From Lama guanicoe (lineage: Eukaryota): a stretch of 64,000 nucleotides of DNA. The translations under genes were made by a program, and so were the position numbers. Of this stretch, positions 1 to 13,300 are shown piece after piece. Under the pieces are notes generated by a model. The model did no database searches and was not told the origin of the DNA. It worked only from the letters and a program-made list of their open reading frames with translations. Location of the stretch: assembly GCA_013239625.1 (NCBI GenBank), contig MU053881.1, positions 16,422,373-16,486,372 on the forward strand, read 5' to 3'. Position 1 is the stretch's first letter. Each line of letters opens with the position of its first letter.

Positions 1-191
1 CAGCATCAACTCTTATTGTGTGCTCACTCTGTGCTAGGTGTTATCCCATTTAATAGATAAGATGGAAGCTTAGCTAGGGGAAGTAGCTGGCCGTCACCCA
101 GCTGACCTTTACTTTTCTCATGAGGCCACACCATGCCCACTGCAGAGAGGAGAGTGTGGGAGATCCCTGCCGAGTTATTTCCTTCCTTGCA

Positions 192-343
192 CAGCACTGC
201 TATTGATGGAGATGGTTTCTGTCTGCACTGCCCTGTATGGTATCCACAGCCACGTGTGGATAGCCAGCACCTAACGTGAGTGGTAACACCAGGGGACTCA
301 CTTTTAAATTTCCATTTTAATGCCCACCTGAATTGGACAGTGA
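192..343. mobile_element. MER3-like hAT-Charlie relic
   Basis: Resembles the recalled MER3 consensus (gatggagatgg...agccacgtgtgg...ttggacagtg). Confidence 0.55.
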
Positions 344-699
344 GTGTGCTTCTAAGGCCTCAGATTACTTGTGCTTTGGGTAAGTGCTGGGGACTGTGCT
401 GTCTTTTTCCTCATGGGGAGATGCAGAATGTGGTCCCTGTCCCCTCCGAGAAATCCTCAAGTCCTGGCCCTCCCCTGTCACACCACTTGGTTTCTTCCAT
501 ATCTCTGGAGCCCCTGAGCCATGTCAACTCCATTCACGAGGTCTCTCGTCTTATGGAGAAGAAAGCTACCTTCTCATTTCTTAAGTGCAGTTTTATAAAT
601 GCAAATCCTTTGAGCCTCCCCCCTAATAAAAAAGAAAGATGGACATATGGGCAGACAGAAGGAAAGAAAGAAAATTATTTCATATGCAAGGTTTTTGGA

Positions 700-890
700 T
701 TTAGACATGGGTTCAAATCTACACAGCTCTGTTTCTGAAATATTTGTCCTTGGACAAATCACATCAAATAATTGCTGTCAGTCTGTCAAGTTTCCTGTCG
801 TCTATAAAGTGAGGATAAGCCTTACCCTACCAAAGGGTAAGTAAAGCCTGAGGGGAAATTGCTGGGTACACAGTAGACACTGAACACATA
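700..890 (+). mobile_element. MIR SINE relic
   Basis: gggttcaaatc...aagtttcctgtcgtctataaagtgaggataa resembles the MIR core. Confidence 0.65.
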
Positions 891-3192
891 AAGTGTTTTC
901 TTGGGGGTGGGGTGGGAGCGGTTCTTCCCCTGGATGAGTTTGTAGATATTTAACTTTGGTTTTCACAGATGCTATTCTTTCTCAAAGATAGTCTTCCTTT
1001 TAGTGTGAGCAGTTACCAGACAACATTGCATAATTTTGCACATTTCTAAAAGCTCCCTGAGGGGGAAGCAGGAAAAAATTGATTGTGGAACAAAATCCCT
1101 GACTTGTAGAAGGAAAGGCTTCTTTGGAAAAGGTGCTTGGGTTGGAACTGCCAACTGGGTTTATAACCTGCCTGAACTTTTCCAGATCCCTCTGTATTTC
1201 CATTGCAGACGGGAGGGGGAGGGATCAGGATACACATTTGTGTGTGTGCGAAATCACCTTTAGGAAACAGTATCCTTTCAGTATGGAGAACTTACTCAGA
1301 ACAAGCAATTAAAAGATCTCAGAGACATTACTGGACAAAGAAATGTTGACATGATTAACAATCAGAAGTACACCTTGTACTCAAACATGTGGGAAGAATG
1401 GCATTGGTGGGTAATCAAGACTGGGCATTAAACCATCCTGTGGCTGTTTTTATCTTCTAGCCTATCTCCCACCCCAGCCCCCTCAGCCCCCTCCAGGCTG
1501 CTGGCAGGACCCAGGAGCAGCTTCATACTTCACCCATTTGGAAAGTATTTATGTGGCAGGAGGTGTAGCCATGGTCATATCCTTTGATCTTGTCATTTTG
1601 CTCTTGGAAATTTATTTACATATGTATGATGATTTTTAATAACAATTTAACGGATATACCTATGTAATAATACTTGTTAATATCATTAATTAAATGGCAT
1701 GAGAGAGGCTTAGGACACATGGTGCATCCAGAGTCAAATAGCATAGAGCCGTAAAGAAAGATCCTGAAAGCTCTGCAGAAAAACGGACAAGCTTTGCCAT
1801 TATGAAGAAAAGGAGCATTTCTGTCAGCCAGCACAACTAGGAAAGGCGCAGAAACTAGAGCTTTGGGTAAAATGGCAAGCACTTGTATTGGGGCAGTAGG
1901 AACAGTTTTTGTTTTTGTTTTTCTTATGCTCCATTGTCTTTTCAATTAAGCAGTTTTAAAAAATGAAAATAAAAGTAGGCTGCTTTAGTCTGAAGAGCAC
2001 TTGAGAACTGTTGGGAGCAATCAGTTGTGGAGTGGATTGCGGGGCTTCTGTGTACTGCAGCCAGTGGAGTGGAGAGGAGAGGCTGCTTTCCTCTCCCATG
2101 CCCTTCCGGGAAGGGCAGAGCAACTGTTTACCCCAGTCAGGTCCACCAGTTGTGTTCTTCATGTGCTCAGAGGACTGCGGTCCAGCCACCAGGGCAGAGA
2201 GGTTGTGTGTGGACTCTCGAGTTCTCTTCATCGCAGTCAGTGGAGCCGTGACTGTGGCTTTGTTAAAGTCCCAGAGTAAGCGTGCTTCCTGCTTTACTCC
2301 ATCATACTATGCCCAGTCCGTCTGTAAGTCCTAGTCGCTCTCCTGCCAAAATGTATATTCTTCATTCATCCTCTTTTCTCCATCTCTTTTCCAAGGCTGG
2401 CTATTGCCCTCTTGGAAACCTTCCGTCTTACCCCTTCCAAACCAATGTCAGATCACTACTTTGTCGCTTAAGATCCTATACACTTGGAATAGACATTCCC
2501 CTGCTTATTGTCATGGTATACTGGTGCTATATGGCTTGGACCCTTCTTTCCTTTCTCATTTCAATTTATACTTCCCTTTCCCTCATTCATGACTGTCCAG
2601 TTCTCCTCCCTAGATCCGTGACCTCAGACTCCTTCAGGCTTCTCTTGGCCACCCATTGTAAAGAGCCCATCCCCTCGCTGCTGTCACTCTGCCTCCAGAC
2701 TCTTTCAGTTCACAGCACACATAGTATATATGGTGTCCAGGTAGTGCACTGGGAAACTAGGAGGGGAAGATGAACAAGCAATACATTTCTTCAGTATAGT
2801 TATAAGAAAAATGAAGTATAAAGGGTTAGGAAATGTATTAAATATTGAACTTCTATTGACTTTCCAAATAACATTATTGATTTTTATGAAAGGGAGCACC
2901 GTGTCCCTGAACATAACTTTTATATATTAGGTTTGATTTTTTTAGGGTGTTTTTTTTTTTTTGCTTAACTTTGATAATCACAATGGAGAAATTCTGTTTG
3001 CATGCGGAGATGATAAACCTTAGAAGCATTTTTTAGTAAACAGTAATTTATAACAGTTGGTATCTAAAGAATCCAGGTTCTTCCTTCTTTTCATTTATAT
3101 ATAATGCTGAATTACAGTAATGCAAATGGATTTTAGTTTCATTCAAACTTTATTTCAAACACTATGAAGTAATGAAGAACTCTAATTTGCTC

Positions 3193-4200
3193 TGTGTGAT
3201 ATGCCAGTAAATGTTTGACAGCTGGCTGGCTCTCCAGGAAAAAAGAAAGTATTGCATATACATATATACATACATAATTCATAAATTCTACTGATAAAAA
3301 GGATAGGTAACTGACAATTTGCAAATAATAATGAAACATGACACTTACTGTCAATTCCATGTAGCCAGTTGTTTCCCACAGACTGCTTTCCTTATTTTTG
3401 CTGAGCTTTTGTGTCTATGGTCAACTTATGAGTGTAGTTCTGACTTGAATCTTAATTGATATTTTTATGTTAGTAAGTGAAGTGATGTCTTTGCTGAAAC
3501 AGATAATAGTTTTCAAATACTGGAAGAATATTTCCTCAGTGAGATTTGTGCTATTCCTAATGTAACAGCTACAGGCACGACACACTTTTAAATTTAATCT
3601 GCATGGTTAACATTTTCTCACGTCTAAACCCCAGGGGTTGGTGAACTATATCTGTAAAGGACCAGATAGTAAATATTTTCAGCTTTGTAGACCATACAGT
3701 GTCTGTCACAACTCTGCCTTTATGCATAGCATAGAAACAGCCCCATAGACAATTTGTAAACAAATGAACGTGGCTGTGTTCCAGTAAAACTTTATTTACA
3801 TGGTTGATTTTATGTTAGGTGAAATTTCATCTCAATAAAAAATATATATACAACGAAATTGTAAAATGCTTTACAGAAATAGGCATTGGGCTGGATACAG
3901 CCCAGGAGTCTATAAGCACACTAACTTGACAATAAATCAAGCCCTGATTTGTAGTGTCTGCCAGTTTCCATGGTATAAATCATTCCAGTATGGCTGATTT
4001 CAAGCTACTAACGTGATGAGGCGTTGAGAAGACATGTCTCAGTAGCATACCATTTTCACATGCAGATATCATAGTCATGAATAAACTCAAAAACCTAGAT
4101 AATAGTAAATGTGGGAAAATAAATAAGTGATAAGTGATGAGTTTTGAGTATTTCATCACCTTTGTTTTCAAATGTAACTCATTGTATATAATTTCTATCA
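3193..4200 (-). mobile_element. MER63-like hAT-Blackjack element, interrupted by MER58A
   Basis: Collinear matches to the recalled MER63 consensus on both sides of the insert (tcaaatactggaagaatatttcctca; aataaatcaagccctgatttgtag; gtgatgagttttgagtattt). Confidence 0.7.
3632..3910 (+). mobile_element. MER58A hAT-Charlie MITE containing an L1 3' tip
   Basis: caggggttgg...tctgtaaaggaccagatagtaaatattttcagcttt...gtggctgtgttccagtaaaactttatttaca. Confidence 0.8.
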
Positions 4201-4477
4201 TTGCATTTTTTTAAGTTAAATTTTTTTTACAGTGTATTTGTTTTCCTTTTTCTAAAATACCCAGAAGCCCAAACCAGCAATGCTCTTATCAAACACTCAA
4301 CAACATGGTACAAAAGCAACTCATAGGACATTATTTTGTCTTAATGCAACACTGTTCCAATGAAATTAACAGATATTTGCATTTTAATTAACACTTGGGA
4401 CAAGTTCAAACAGTAGCTGAGTGTCTGCTATGTACCAGTCTGCTGGGCACTGGGAGGGTGACCATAAAAACCATCTA

Positions 4478-6171
4478 TTGAAGATGATTCAAAGAAATGG
4501 AAAGATATCCTGTGCTCTTGGATTGGAAGAATTAATATTGTTAAAAATGGCCATACTACCCAAAGCAATCTACAGATTTAATGCAATTCCTGTCAAAACC
4601 CATGACATTTTTAACAGAACTAGAACAAATAATCCTAAAATTTATATGGAGCCACAAAAGACCCAGAATTCCCAAAGCAATACTGAGGGAAAAGAGCAAA
4701 GCCCCCAGACTTCAGACAATACTACAGAGCTACAGTAATCAAAATAGTGTGGTATTGGCACAAAAACAGACATATGGATCAATGGAATAGAATAGAGAGC
4801 CCAGAAATGAACTCACACACCTACAGCTAATTAATCTTCGACAAAGTAGGCAAGAATATACAATGCAGAAAAGACAGTTTCTTTAGCAAGTGGTATTGGG
4901 AAAGCTGGACAACTGCAGGTAAATCAATTAAATTAGAACACTCCCTCATACCATACACAAAAATAAACTCAAAATGCCTTAAAGACTTAAGTATAAGACG
5001 TGATACCATAAACTCATAGGAGAGAATATAGGCAAAACGTTCTCTGACATATATCGTGGCAATGTTTTCTTAGGTCAGACTCCCAAGGCAATAGAAATAA
5101 AAGCAAAAATAAACAAATGGGACCTAATCAGATTTATAAGCTTTTGCACAGCAAAGAAAATCATAAACAAAACAAAAAGACAACCTATGGAATGAGAGAA
5201 AATATTTGCCAATGATGCAACCAACAAGGACTTAATTTCCAAAATATACAAACAGTTCATACAACTCAATAGTGAAAAAACCAACAACCCAATCAAAAAA
5301 TGGGCAGAAGACTTACATAGACATTTCTCCAAAGAAGATACACAGATGGCCAACAGGCACATGAAAAGATGCTCAGTATTGCTAATTATTAGAGAAACGT
5401 AAATCAAAACGACCATGAGGTATCACCTCACACCAGACAGAATGGCCATCATCAAAAAGTCTACAAATAATAAATGCTAGAGAGGATGTGGAGAGAAAGG
5501 AACCCTCCTACACTGTTGGCGGGAATGTAAACTGCTGCACCCACTATGGAGGTTCCTTAAAAAGCTAAAAGTTACCATATGATTCAGCAACCCCACTTCT
5601 GGACATATATCTGGAAAAGATGAAAACTCTAGAAAAAAAACATGCACCTCACTGTTCATAACAGCACTATTTAGAATAGTCAAGACAGGAAGCAACTTAA
5701 GCTGCTCCATTGACAAGTGAATTGTTAGAGTGTGGTATGTATAAATGCAATGAACTATTACTCAGTCATAAAAGAGAATGAAGTGCCATTTTTAGTAACA
5801 TGGATGGGCCTAGAGATTATTTAAGTGAAGTAAGACAGATATCATGATATCACTTATATGTGGAATCCAGAAAATGATACAAATGAACTTATTTATGGAA
5901 CAGAAATACAGACATAGAAAGCAAATGGTTACCAAAGGGGAAAGTGGAGCAGGAGGGATAAGTTAGGAGTTTGGGATTAACATACACACTACTATGTATA
6001 AAATAGGTAAACATCAAGGACCTACTGTATAGCCGGGGAACTATCTTCAATATCTTGTAATAACCTATAATGGAAAAGTATCTGAAAAAGAATATATGTA
6101 TGTATAACTGAATCACTTTGCTGTACACCTGAAACTAACACATTGTAAATCAACTTCAATAAAAAGCGAAC
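4478..6171 (+). mobile_element. 5'-truncated artiodactyl-type LINE-1 (frameshifted ORF2 3' part plus 3'UTR)
   Basis: ORF2 peptides such as [18 protein letters not shown] and [11 protein letters not shown]; 3'UTR ending aataaaaa; TSD AAAACCATCTA (4467-4477) / AAAACTATCTA (6172-6182). Confidence 0.93.
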
Positions 6172-6574
6172 AAAACTATCTAGATGAAGGTACCTCTTGA
6201 GAAGTAAAAGGGAGTGCTAAATACAAATTACATTAAAAGCTTTTTTGACCACAAATGATTTATTAAAAAGCAATAAAAATTCCATTTAAGGACTATTTTT
6301 CATAAAATTCTTAAACTTTGTTATAAAGATGTAAAATCCAGGACACACGCTTAAACAGATACGACGCCAAGTTAACTAGGACAGTGGTCACCCCAGACAT
6401 CAGGAATATGACAGTAGGAGGTGTCCATCCTTGCTGCTCAAAAGAACATCTCAAGTAATATTTATTTCAACCAGAATCTTTGTCAGATGAAATCTAACTC
6501 ATTTCTACTCCTTAGACACTATGTCTGTTTATGCTTATTGGCACCTTTGTTTTCAGGAACTAGAACCCAGAGTT

Positions 6575-6810
6575 TACAGGCACCAACTCTGGAGCCAGAC
6601 TGCCGGACGTGATCCTGGTGTGACTTGCTATCTGTGTGGCCTTGGGCGAGTTACCTAACATCTTGGTGTTTCACTGCCCTTATACAGGAAATGAGGGATA
6701 GTAATAATAACTGTCTTCCAAAGTTGTTGTGAGGATTAAATTAGTTAATACACTTCAAGCATCTAGAACAGCTCCGGACACACGGGCCTGCTTGTGCAGT
6801 TTTATTGCTA
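6575..6810 (+). mobile_element. MIR SINE
   Basis: ctctggagccagactgcc...ccttgggcgagttacctaac...gttgttgtgaggattaaa. Confidence 0.85.
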
Positions 6811-9120
6811 CTAGTGTCCACCGTGTACCTGATACTGAGCATAGTGGTGATCTGCGAGATGGGTGGAACTCAAGGGTTTGTGGCATTTCCTAGTACAGTA
6901 TTATTAAAACTTTAATTAGCCATAAAGACTACAAATGAAGGTTTCCTATAAAAATTCAGATATATGACTTTTCTAAAAAATTTAGAATGCTGCTAGGCAG
7001 GAGATAACTAGCTGCCCACAACAGCCTTCAGCTGGTCAGTACCAGCCACTCCCTTATCGCTGCATTTTTGACAATAGCTGTTTAAACTGGCTCCCAGGAT
7101 TCCTGAAAGCGTCACCACAGGCTCTCCTGGGCTAGTGTGAGCTGGCTCCAGCATACTCCTGGGTATCCTGCTTGGATCTGGGCTGCGGCCACAGGCTCCT
7201 TGTCTAAGATGGCATCAGTGCCTTTGCAGCTGGCTGCTGGGATGGTTCTCTTGGTTTGTGTGTCTCGGGGTCCATGCATGGAGCCCGTTGTGGGTGCCCA
7301 GTGAACTCACTGTCCTGAAGGTGGGGTAGGGCCAGCTTTCTGCTCCAGGTCCTTTGCTGCCCCTGGTTCTCTCTGGGGCTTCAGGATGAGGTAACCACCT
7401 CTCCTGGCCCAGGGTTCAGGAAGAAGCCTTCCTCTAGCATGTCACACACTTTATTTTCTTCATAGCTTTCGGGACAGTCACCTTGTCCTGTTTGCTTGTC
7501 TGTTGCCCTCTTCCCCTGAAATGAATGTAAGTCCCACGAACTCCGTCTACTCCCTGAATTCCTCCTCAGCACATACACGTTTTTATTTTCCTGGTGAATA
7601 AATAGCTGCTGAGTGAACTCCAGTGTCTTTCCTCTGCTGGCTGCAGCAGTTACAGTGTTCAGTCTGAATGGTTTTGGCTCCCACGTCCAAGGTTTCCTGA
7701 TGTTGGAGACAACCATTCTTCTTGTGTGTGCAGAGCACCCTTCTTAGAAACAAGTTTCATCTTCTGGCTGCGTTTTCCTCACAGATCTGAGTCGCTCTTG
7801 ATAATCTCACCACTGGACTAGAAAAATTGTTCTAGGTTTCAGCAAGGATAATGCCGTATTTGCTCTTCCCCTCCCCCCCCCCACACACACAAAAAGAGAG
7901 AATGAAACCCACATGGATTGCATTGTGAGACTGCCGACCATGCGGGCCTCATTTAGGGGGCCAGGCAGTCTTCAGAGAGGTTCAGTGGTCTCTCCCCTGC
8001 CAGCCATGGGGCCCAGCATTGCTGCTTTACTGAGAGTCAGGCTGTTCAGTCCATGAGATGGAAGGACTGGCTGAGCGGGCAAGTTTGTTTCATTCCTAAT
8101 TAGATGAAGGTGTTTGCACTTTTGGGAAGGATCCAGACCAAAAGCCACACATCACTGATCTTGTAAGGAGCAGGGAAATAGTCCCAGAGAGGCCGACCCA
8201 CTGCAGTCTTCTGATGCAGCGGGCCCAAGAGTATGGAGTCTGGTCATTTTAGGGTGAGGTGGAACCGTGGTTCACTCTGTCATGCTACCTGGTGGGCTGA
8301 TGATCTGAAGCCCATCCCCTTGCATGGAGGCGGAACTGAAGAATTATGTGTGCCAGGCAGGTGACAGAGGAAAGCTGGCCTGACTGAATGACAGGTTTGC
8401 TGGGAGTTTGATGAGAAGACAGATGTGAAAAGGTGCTTTGTTACTAAGGGCTCCGTGCAGCCTTCAGCCTTTCCTCTCTGAGGGACTTCATTTGCAGGAT
8501 GAGCCCTTTAGCCTCTTCACACCTTCCCTCCTGGCACTGTGGGATCCTCCTGGTGCCCTTCTCCCTTGGCATCTTCTACCTGCTCCCTTCTCTCCTGCCT
8601 TCAGCCCGCCAGTGCCTCCCCACCCATCATTCATCTGAGCCTCTCCCCTCCTTTCTGGCGTCAGTGTGGAGACTCTGCTCCTGGCCTCGGCACTTGGAGG
8701 TGTCGTCTCTTGGCAGGGTGCCCTGTGCTGGTCCCCTCTACTGCTGCTCTCACTGGGTAAGGGCAGCTGCAGGTGGGTGCCAGTGAAGGCTGGTGGAGTT
8801 TCCTGCACCTCCTCCCTGTGGAGACAGATAGGCTTCTGGATCTCTCTGTTTTGCATCCATTCTTCCCTTCTTTGTGCTTTCTCAATCACCTGGTCATCAG
8901 GGCCTTCAGCCCGCATCTCAGTCTGAAGACCCCATGGCCTTGTCTATGCCCTGCCCACGCTGGTGCCTTAGAGTCTGTGTTTCTAACATTTAAGGGCTTT
9001 CCTCCAGTGTTCTTTGTTTTGCCTCCCCCTCGTTTAAAAGTGACCTTTGTTGAGGTAGAGCTTATATATAGTAAAATGCACCTATTTCAGACATACACTT
9101 TACAGTGGAGATCCCTCCTT

Positions 9121-9225
9121 TGTTTTTTTAATTGAAGTATAGTCAGTTACAATGTGTCAGTTTCTGGTGTACAGCATAATATTTCAGTCATACATATACA
9201 TATGTATGTTTGTTTTCATATTGCC
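9121..9225 (-). mobile_element. ~105-bp LINE-1 3' tip with a perfect 10-bp TSD
   Basis: ttttttaattgaagtatagtcagttacaatgtgtcagtttctggtgtacagc; ATCCCTCCTT at 9111-9120 and 9226-9235. Confidence 0.85.
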
Positions 9226-9479
9226 ATCCCTCCTTAAATGAATAACTGCTGTCTGCATAGTGCCATATTGGTAACAGAGTGCTTTCACATTTGTCTTTTT
9301 ATTGAACTCTATGCTTCATTTTGATACAAGTTTTGATGAATTCATACACCTGTATACTGCAGTCAAGGTGTAGAATATTTCCATTGCCTAAGAAGCTCCT
9401 AATCCTCCCCCCTGCTTAGGGGCCGCCATCTCCAGTCACCCCACCATTAGCGACTCCCACCAGCTGCTCGTAGGTATCT

Positions 9480-10220
9480 GGTGTTGGTCTTGGTTCTCTC
9501 ACCCTGGGAGGGTGGTGCTGTTATCCTCGTCCCCAGGCAGTGGGCCAGGGTTCATCCTCCCTCCTGTCCATTGGCTTTTCCGGGGGGACGGAAACGGACC
9601 CCCCGTGTGCACACAGCCCTCCATTCCCACCAGCCCCATGTGGTGGTCTCCATGGCCTGCCACCCTGAGTCCTCCCTGTGTTCGTGTACCCCCCTCCCCA
9701 CCATTTCACACCCACCCCATCCTGCTCCTTGCCATCTCGCTCCCTGAGGCTGGTCTGCATCTACAGCTTTGCCTCCCTGCCTTAGCCCAGAGTCCTCCAC
9801 CAGGCAGCGGGAGCCAGCTATTTAAAACTGCAACCTGACCATGTCACTCTCTGCATCTGACCGTGTCATTCCCTACTCTGAGCATGGCACTACACCCATT
9901 AATGTGGCCTTCCCGTTTCCTCCTCCCCCCAAGTCTAGTGTTCTCTGCACTCGCCGTGCTGCTCTCTACCCCTGGCCATTTGCTCCTGCTCTGCCCCCAG
10001 CCTGGTGTGTCGTCACTGGTCTGGCCTGCAGGTCCTGCATACCCTTTAGGCCTCCTCAGAAATGCCCTTCATCCCCCTTCTCAGAGGCCCCAGAATGCTC
10101 TGAACCTCCCACAGCCCTGCCTGCTCACGCTGTTTGAAGTTTCCTAATCATGGGTCTGCCTGTCCAGCCAGGCTGAGAGCGCCTTCAAGGCCATGTCTGT
10201 GCTTTATCTGTGTATTTTTG
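9480..10220. mobile_element. L2 LINE relic
   Basis: Pyrimidine-rich, with a typical L2 stretch (tttaaaactgcaacctgaccatgtcactctctgc). Boundaries approximate. Confidence 0.55.
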
Positions 10221-10224
10221 TGAA

Positions 10225-10355
10225 AGGTAGCCAAGTGTGTGGTGAAGAGCCAGTGCTTCAGAGCCAGGCCGCCTAGGCCCCAACTTCAGCTGTGTGATCT
10301 CAGCAGATTAGATGACCTCTCTGTGCCTTACCTTCCTCCCTGTAAAAAGGGAAAG
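10225..10355 (+). mobile_element. MIR fragment
   Basis: gtgtggtgaagagc...cagctgtgtgatctcagcag...cctctctgtgccttacc...ctgtaaaaggg. Confidence 0.7.
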
Positions 10356-13300
10356 AAAGAGACTGTGTGTCTCTCAGATTCTTGGTTAGACACTCAGACA
10401 CAGGGCCCCCTTTGGGTGTTGTTAGCAGGCATGTAGTTAGGGGGCCCAGGTTGGGGGAGGTTGCTGGTATAGCTGAAGAGGAGAGGCCAGGTTCCCACTG
10501 CACCCAGTGCTCAGTGGTCAGCCTACCCAGAGCTCTGGGTTAAAGGGGATTCTGAGTTCCCAGTCCCAAACTCATACTGCCTCTCCCTCCTCGCCTCCAA
10601 GTCCCCTTTTACCTCCTTATATCCCGTGGCAAGGGCCGTGGGCTGACAGGCAGGACAGATAGGAATGGACAGCAAGCCCTGGAGCCCCATCCATTGCCTC
10701 ACTTTGCTTGAGACACCCGGAGGAGTCTCCAGAAACCCCACCCTAGCTCCTGGCGCCCCTGTTTCTTTTTGGAGGGGTGAAAGAGAGTGATGTGGAAGAG
10801 GGGCTAGATCTGCTCTTGCCACTCCTGCTTCAAGCCTGCTGGCTACCTGGATTCCCAGAAACGCCCCCAGTCCTTTGCCATCATGTCCCTGCAGAGGTGT
10901 TAGAGCCCTCCCCAGGCAGAGTGACAGTTGAATTAATACTCACCTATCTTCCCAGAAGCCTCTGCGTTAGAGCCAGGGGTCAGGAGCCCAGTTCTTCTCT
11001 CCTGTCTGGGCAAGGAGGCAGCCCACACCTGCTCATGAAGGCCAAGGCTGTGGTCAGCAGTTGTGGGCAGTGTGGCCTCAGCCCTGGTCCTAGAGGCTTG
11101 TGTTCTCTGGGTTCTCTCTCCCTTTCCTGCTGGCAGAGTCAAAGGATAGAAGACAAGGGCAGAATAACAGCCCTGACACCTGAGTGCAGTTTGCCAGACA
11201 GGTGGGCCCGCCTCTCTGGGACCCACTGTGAGGACAACAGATTTCACTTGCTTCCTCCTCTCCTTCCTAGTGGGATCATTGCATTGTGCAAGATGGGAGT
11301 GAAAAACAGCTGAGGCAGAACCAGTTGTTATAAAAGTATTTGGACCTTTAGGTCAGAGTTTAACACCTGGGAATTTATTTCTGAGGGAAAAATGAGAGAA
11401 GGAAACTGTACGTTTGAAGATGATCGTTGCAACACTGGTTGCAGTAAGAGAACCCGGAAGGAAGTGGGATGCCCAGCAGTTGGGGAAGGTCAAGGAAATT
11501 ATGACGCGTTAATGGGACATTTAGCTGTTAAACAAGATCATTATGAAGATTATGTAGCAACAGGAAGAAGTGTTTAGTGAAAAAAGAAAACGGTGTCTGT
11601 GATGCAGTTTCAACTACGTAATTGTTGCAGGCTCTGAACAAGAGGAAGAAAGTGACCCAGAGAAACATTTCCATGGCCCAGGCTGGTAGGGGCTCGAGAG
11701 GCTCAGGGGAGATGATGCTGCAGAGCTTGGCCTCTGGGGTCAGACCTGAGCCATGATGTTGGTATCTGCCTCCTGTGGCTGTTGGGGTTTGAGGACACAT
11801 GTGTGACAAAGGTAGTGGCCCAGAAGATGCTCTCAGAGGAGAGGAAAGACCAAAGTGGATAGAGGAGAACTCCAGATATTTAGGGCGAGGAGCTTGGGCA
11901 CCATCAAGCCTCAGGCCCTGTTAGTGAGCCCGGTCAGCACTGTGTTAGGTTAGATGTGGTCAGTCTACGCCTGTCACAAGTTGGCTAGGAGGTGGGTTCA
12001 GGTCCACTGTATCAGGAAGTTGGAATCAGAGTCCAAAGAGGGCACACCTAATGAGGTTAGTGTGGGTGGGAGTTTATTTGGAGGTGGGAGAAAAAGGGGT
12101 TTGTCCGCTCTGGGGGTCCTGCCCCACCTCTGAGAGTAGGGAGGGATGGAGTCAGCTGGTGGTCCTTAGACAACCCCGATGCCTTGGAGATGCAGAAGTG
12201 CTGCCAGATGGGTCCGCAGGTGACACCTGGGTCACAGATGCAGCTATGGAGCTGCCTGAGGTGGGACTACCCAGGCAGTAGAGAAGTGTGAGGTGAAGGG
12301 TAAGAGAAGAAAAGGGTCTGGGGTTGTACCTTGAAGAGCTCCCAGAGGAGGAAGATGAGGGTGTGGAGGGGTGCCAGGATCCGAGAGATGAGATCACAGG
12401 GCTCATAGGCTCTTGTCTTTGGTAAAAAGTTGCCAGGGCAGAGTAGTTTTGGTGCAGTGACAGGTAGGGATCAGGTAGAGCTTCTTAATTTCCTTTATAT
12501 TGTTAATGTAGGTTTTAGTAAAAAACTTGAGTTCTGTTTCCTTGCTTAGTTGCCATGGTCAACTGTGTTTGGTACTCACCTGTATGGCAATGAAAGGGGA
12601 AAAAACAGACTTTAAAAGTTTTTAAAAATAGGTTTAAAATAGTAAGGAGGTAATGTTAGCAAATGATACATAGAGGGAAATAGAGTGAAAAGCAGAATCC
12701 TCTGTGTTCCCAGCGCTCCTCAGTGTTCTTTGCCTGGCACATTTAAAACAAGGAAAAGCTGCTTTGGTGCTTCTCCCAGAACTCAGCTGGGGTCCCACCT
12801 TGCCTTGGACATTTGATGACTGAGACCTCAGTGTGTCTCTGCGGGGCTGTCCTCCGACATTTAGCCATGGCCAGGCTCTCATCCTAAGGGTCGATTTTGC
12901 TGCCCCTTCCCCTGTGGGATACTGGTGGTTTGAAGTGAGGCAGGAAGTGCTGATGGGAGCCCACACCAGCCAGTGGGGGGCTGCTATTGGGTAGTCAGGC
13001 TTTCCCGAGGCCCCCAGCAGGGAAGGTTGGGAAAAAGTGGTTGATATGGCTTTGGGTAGCAAGTGGCCTCAGGAGCCATGGTGGTCCTCCCCTGTGCCCT
13101 CACCTAGTACATTCCACTCATCCGCTGTGCCAGGCGGTGCTGCTACCTTGCAGTTAATGCTGTCACTGAGTTAGGACAGTGGGTTGTGATGTTAGGTCTC
13201 CCGTTGGTTTAATGTTGGCTTTGCAAAAATCTCACCTGGCTTTCCTTCCTCCTCCTTGTGTAACCATTTGGAATCATTTCAGGGTGGACACAAAGGTAAT

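Noticed and set aside
4421..5716. ORFs in the L1 region as protein-coding genes
   Set aside because: Frameshifted L1 ORF2 remnants and their antisense frames.
12549..12563. RFX X-box-like GTTGCCATGGTCAAC
   Set aside because: The second half-site does not fit RGYAAC; a single isolated motif.
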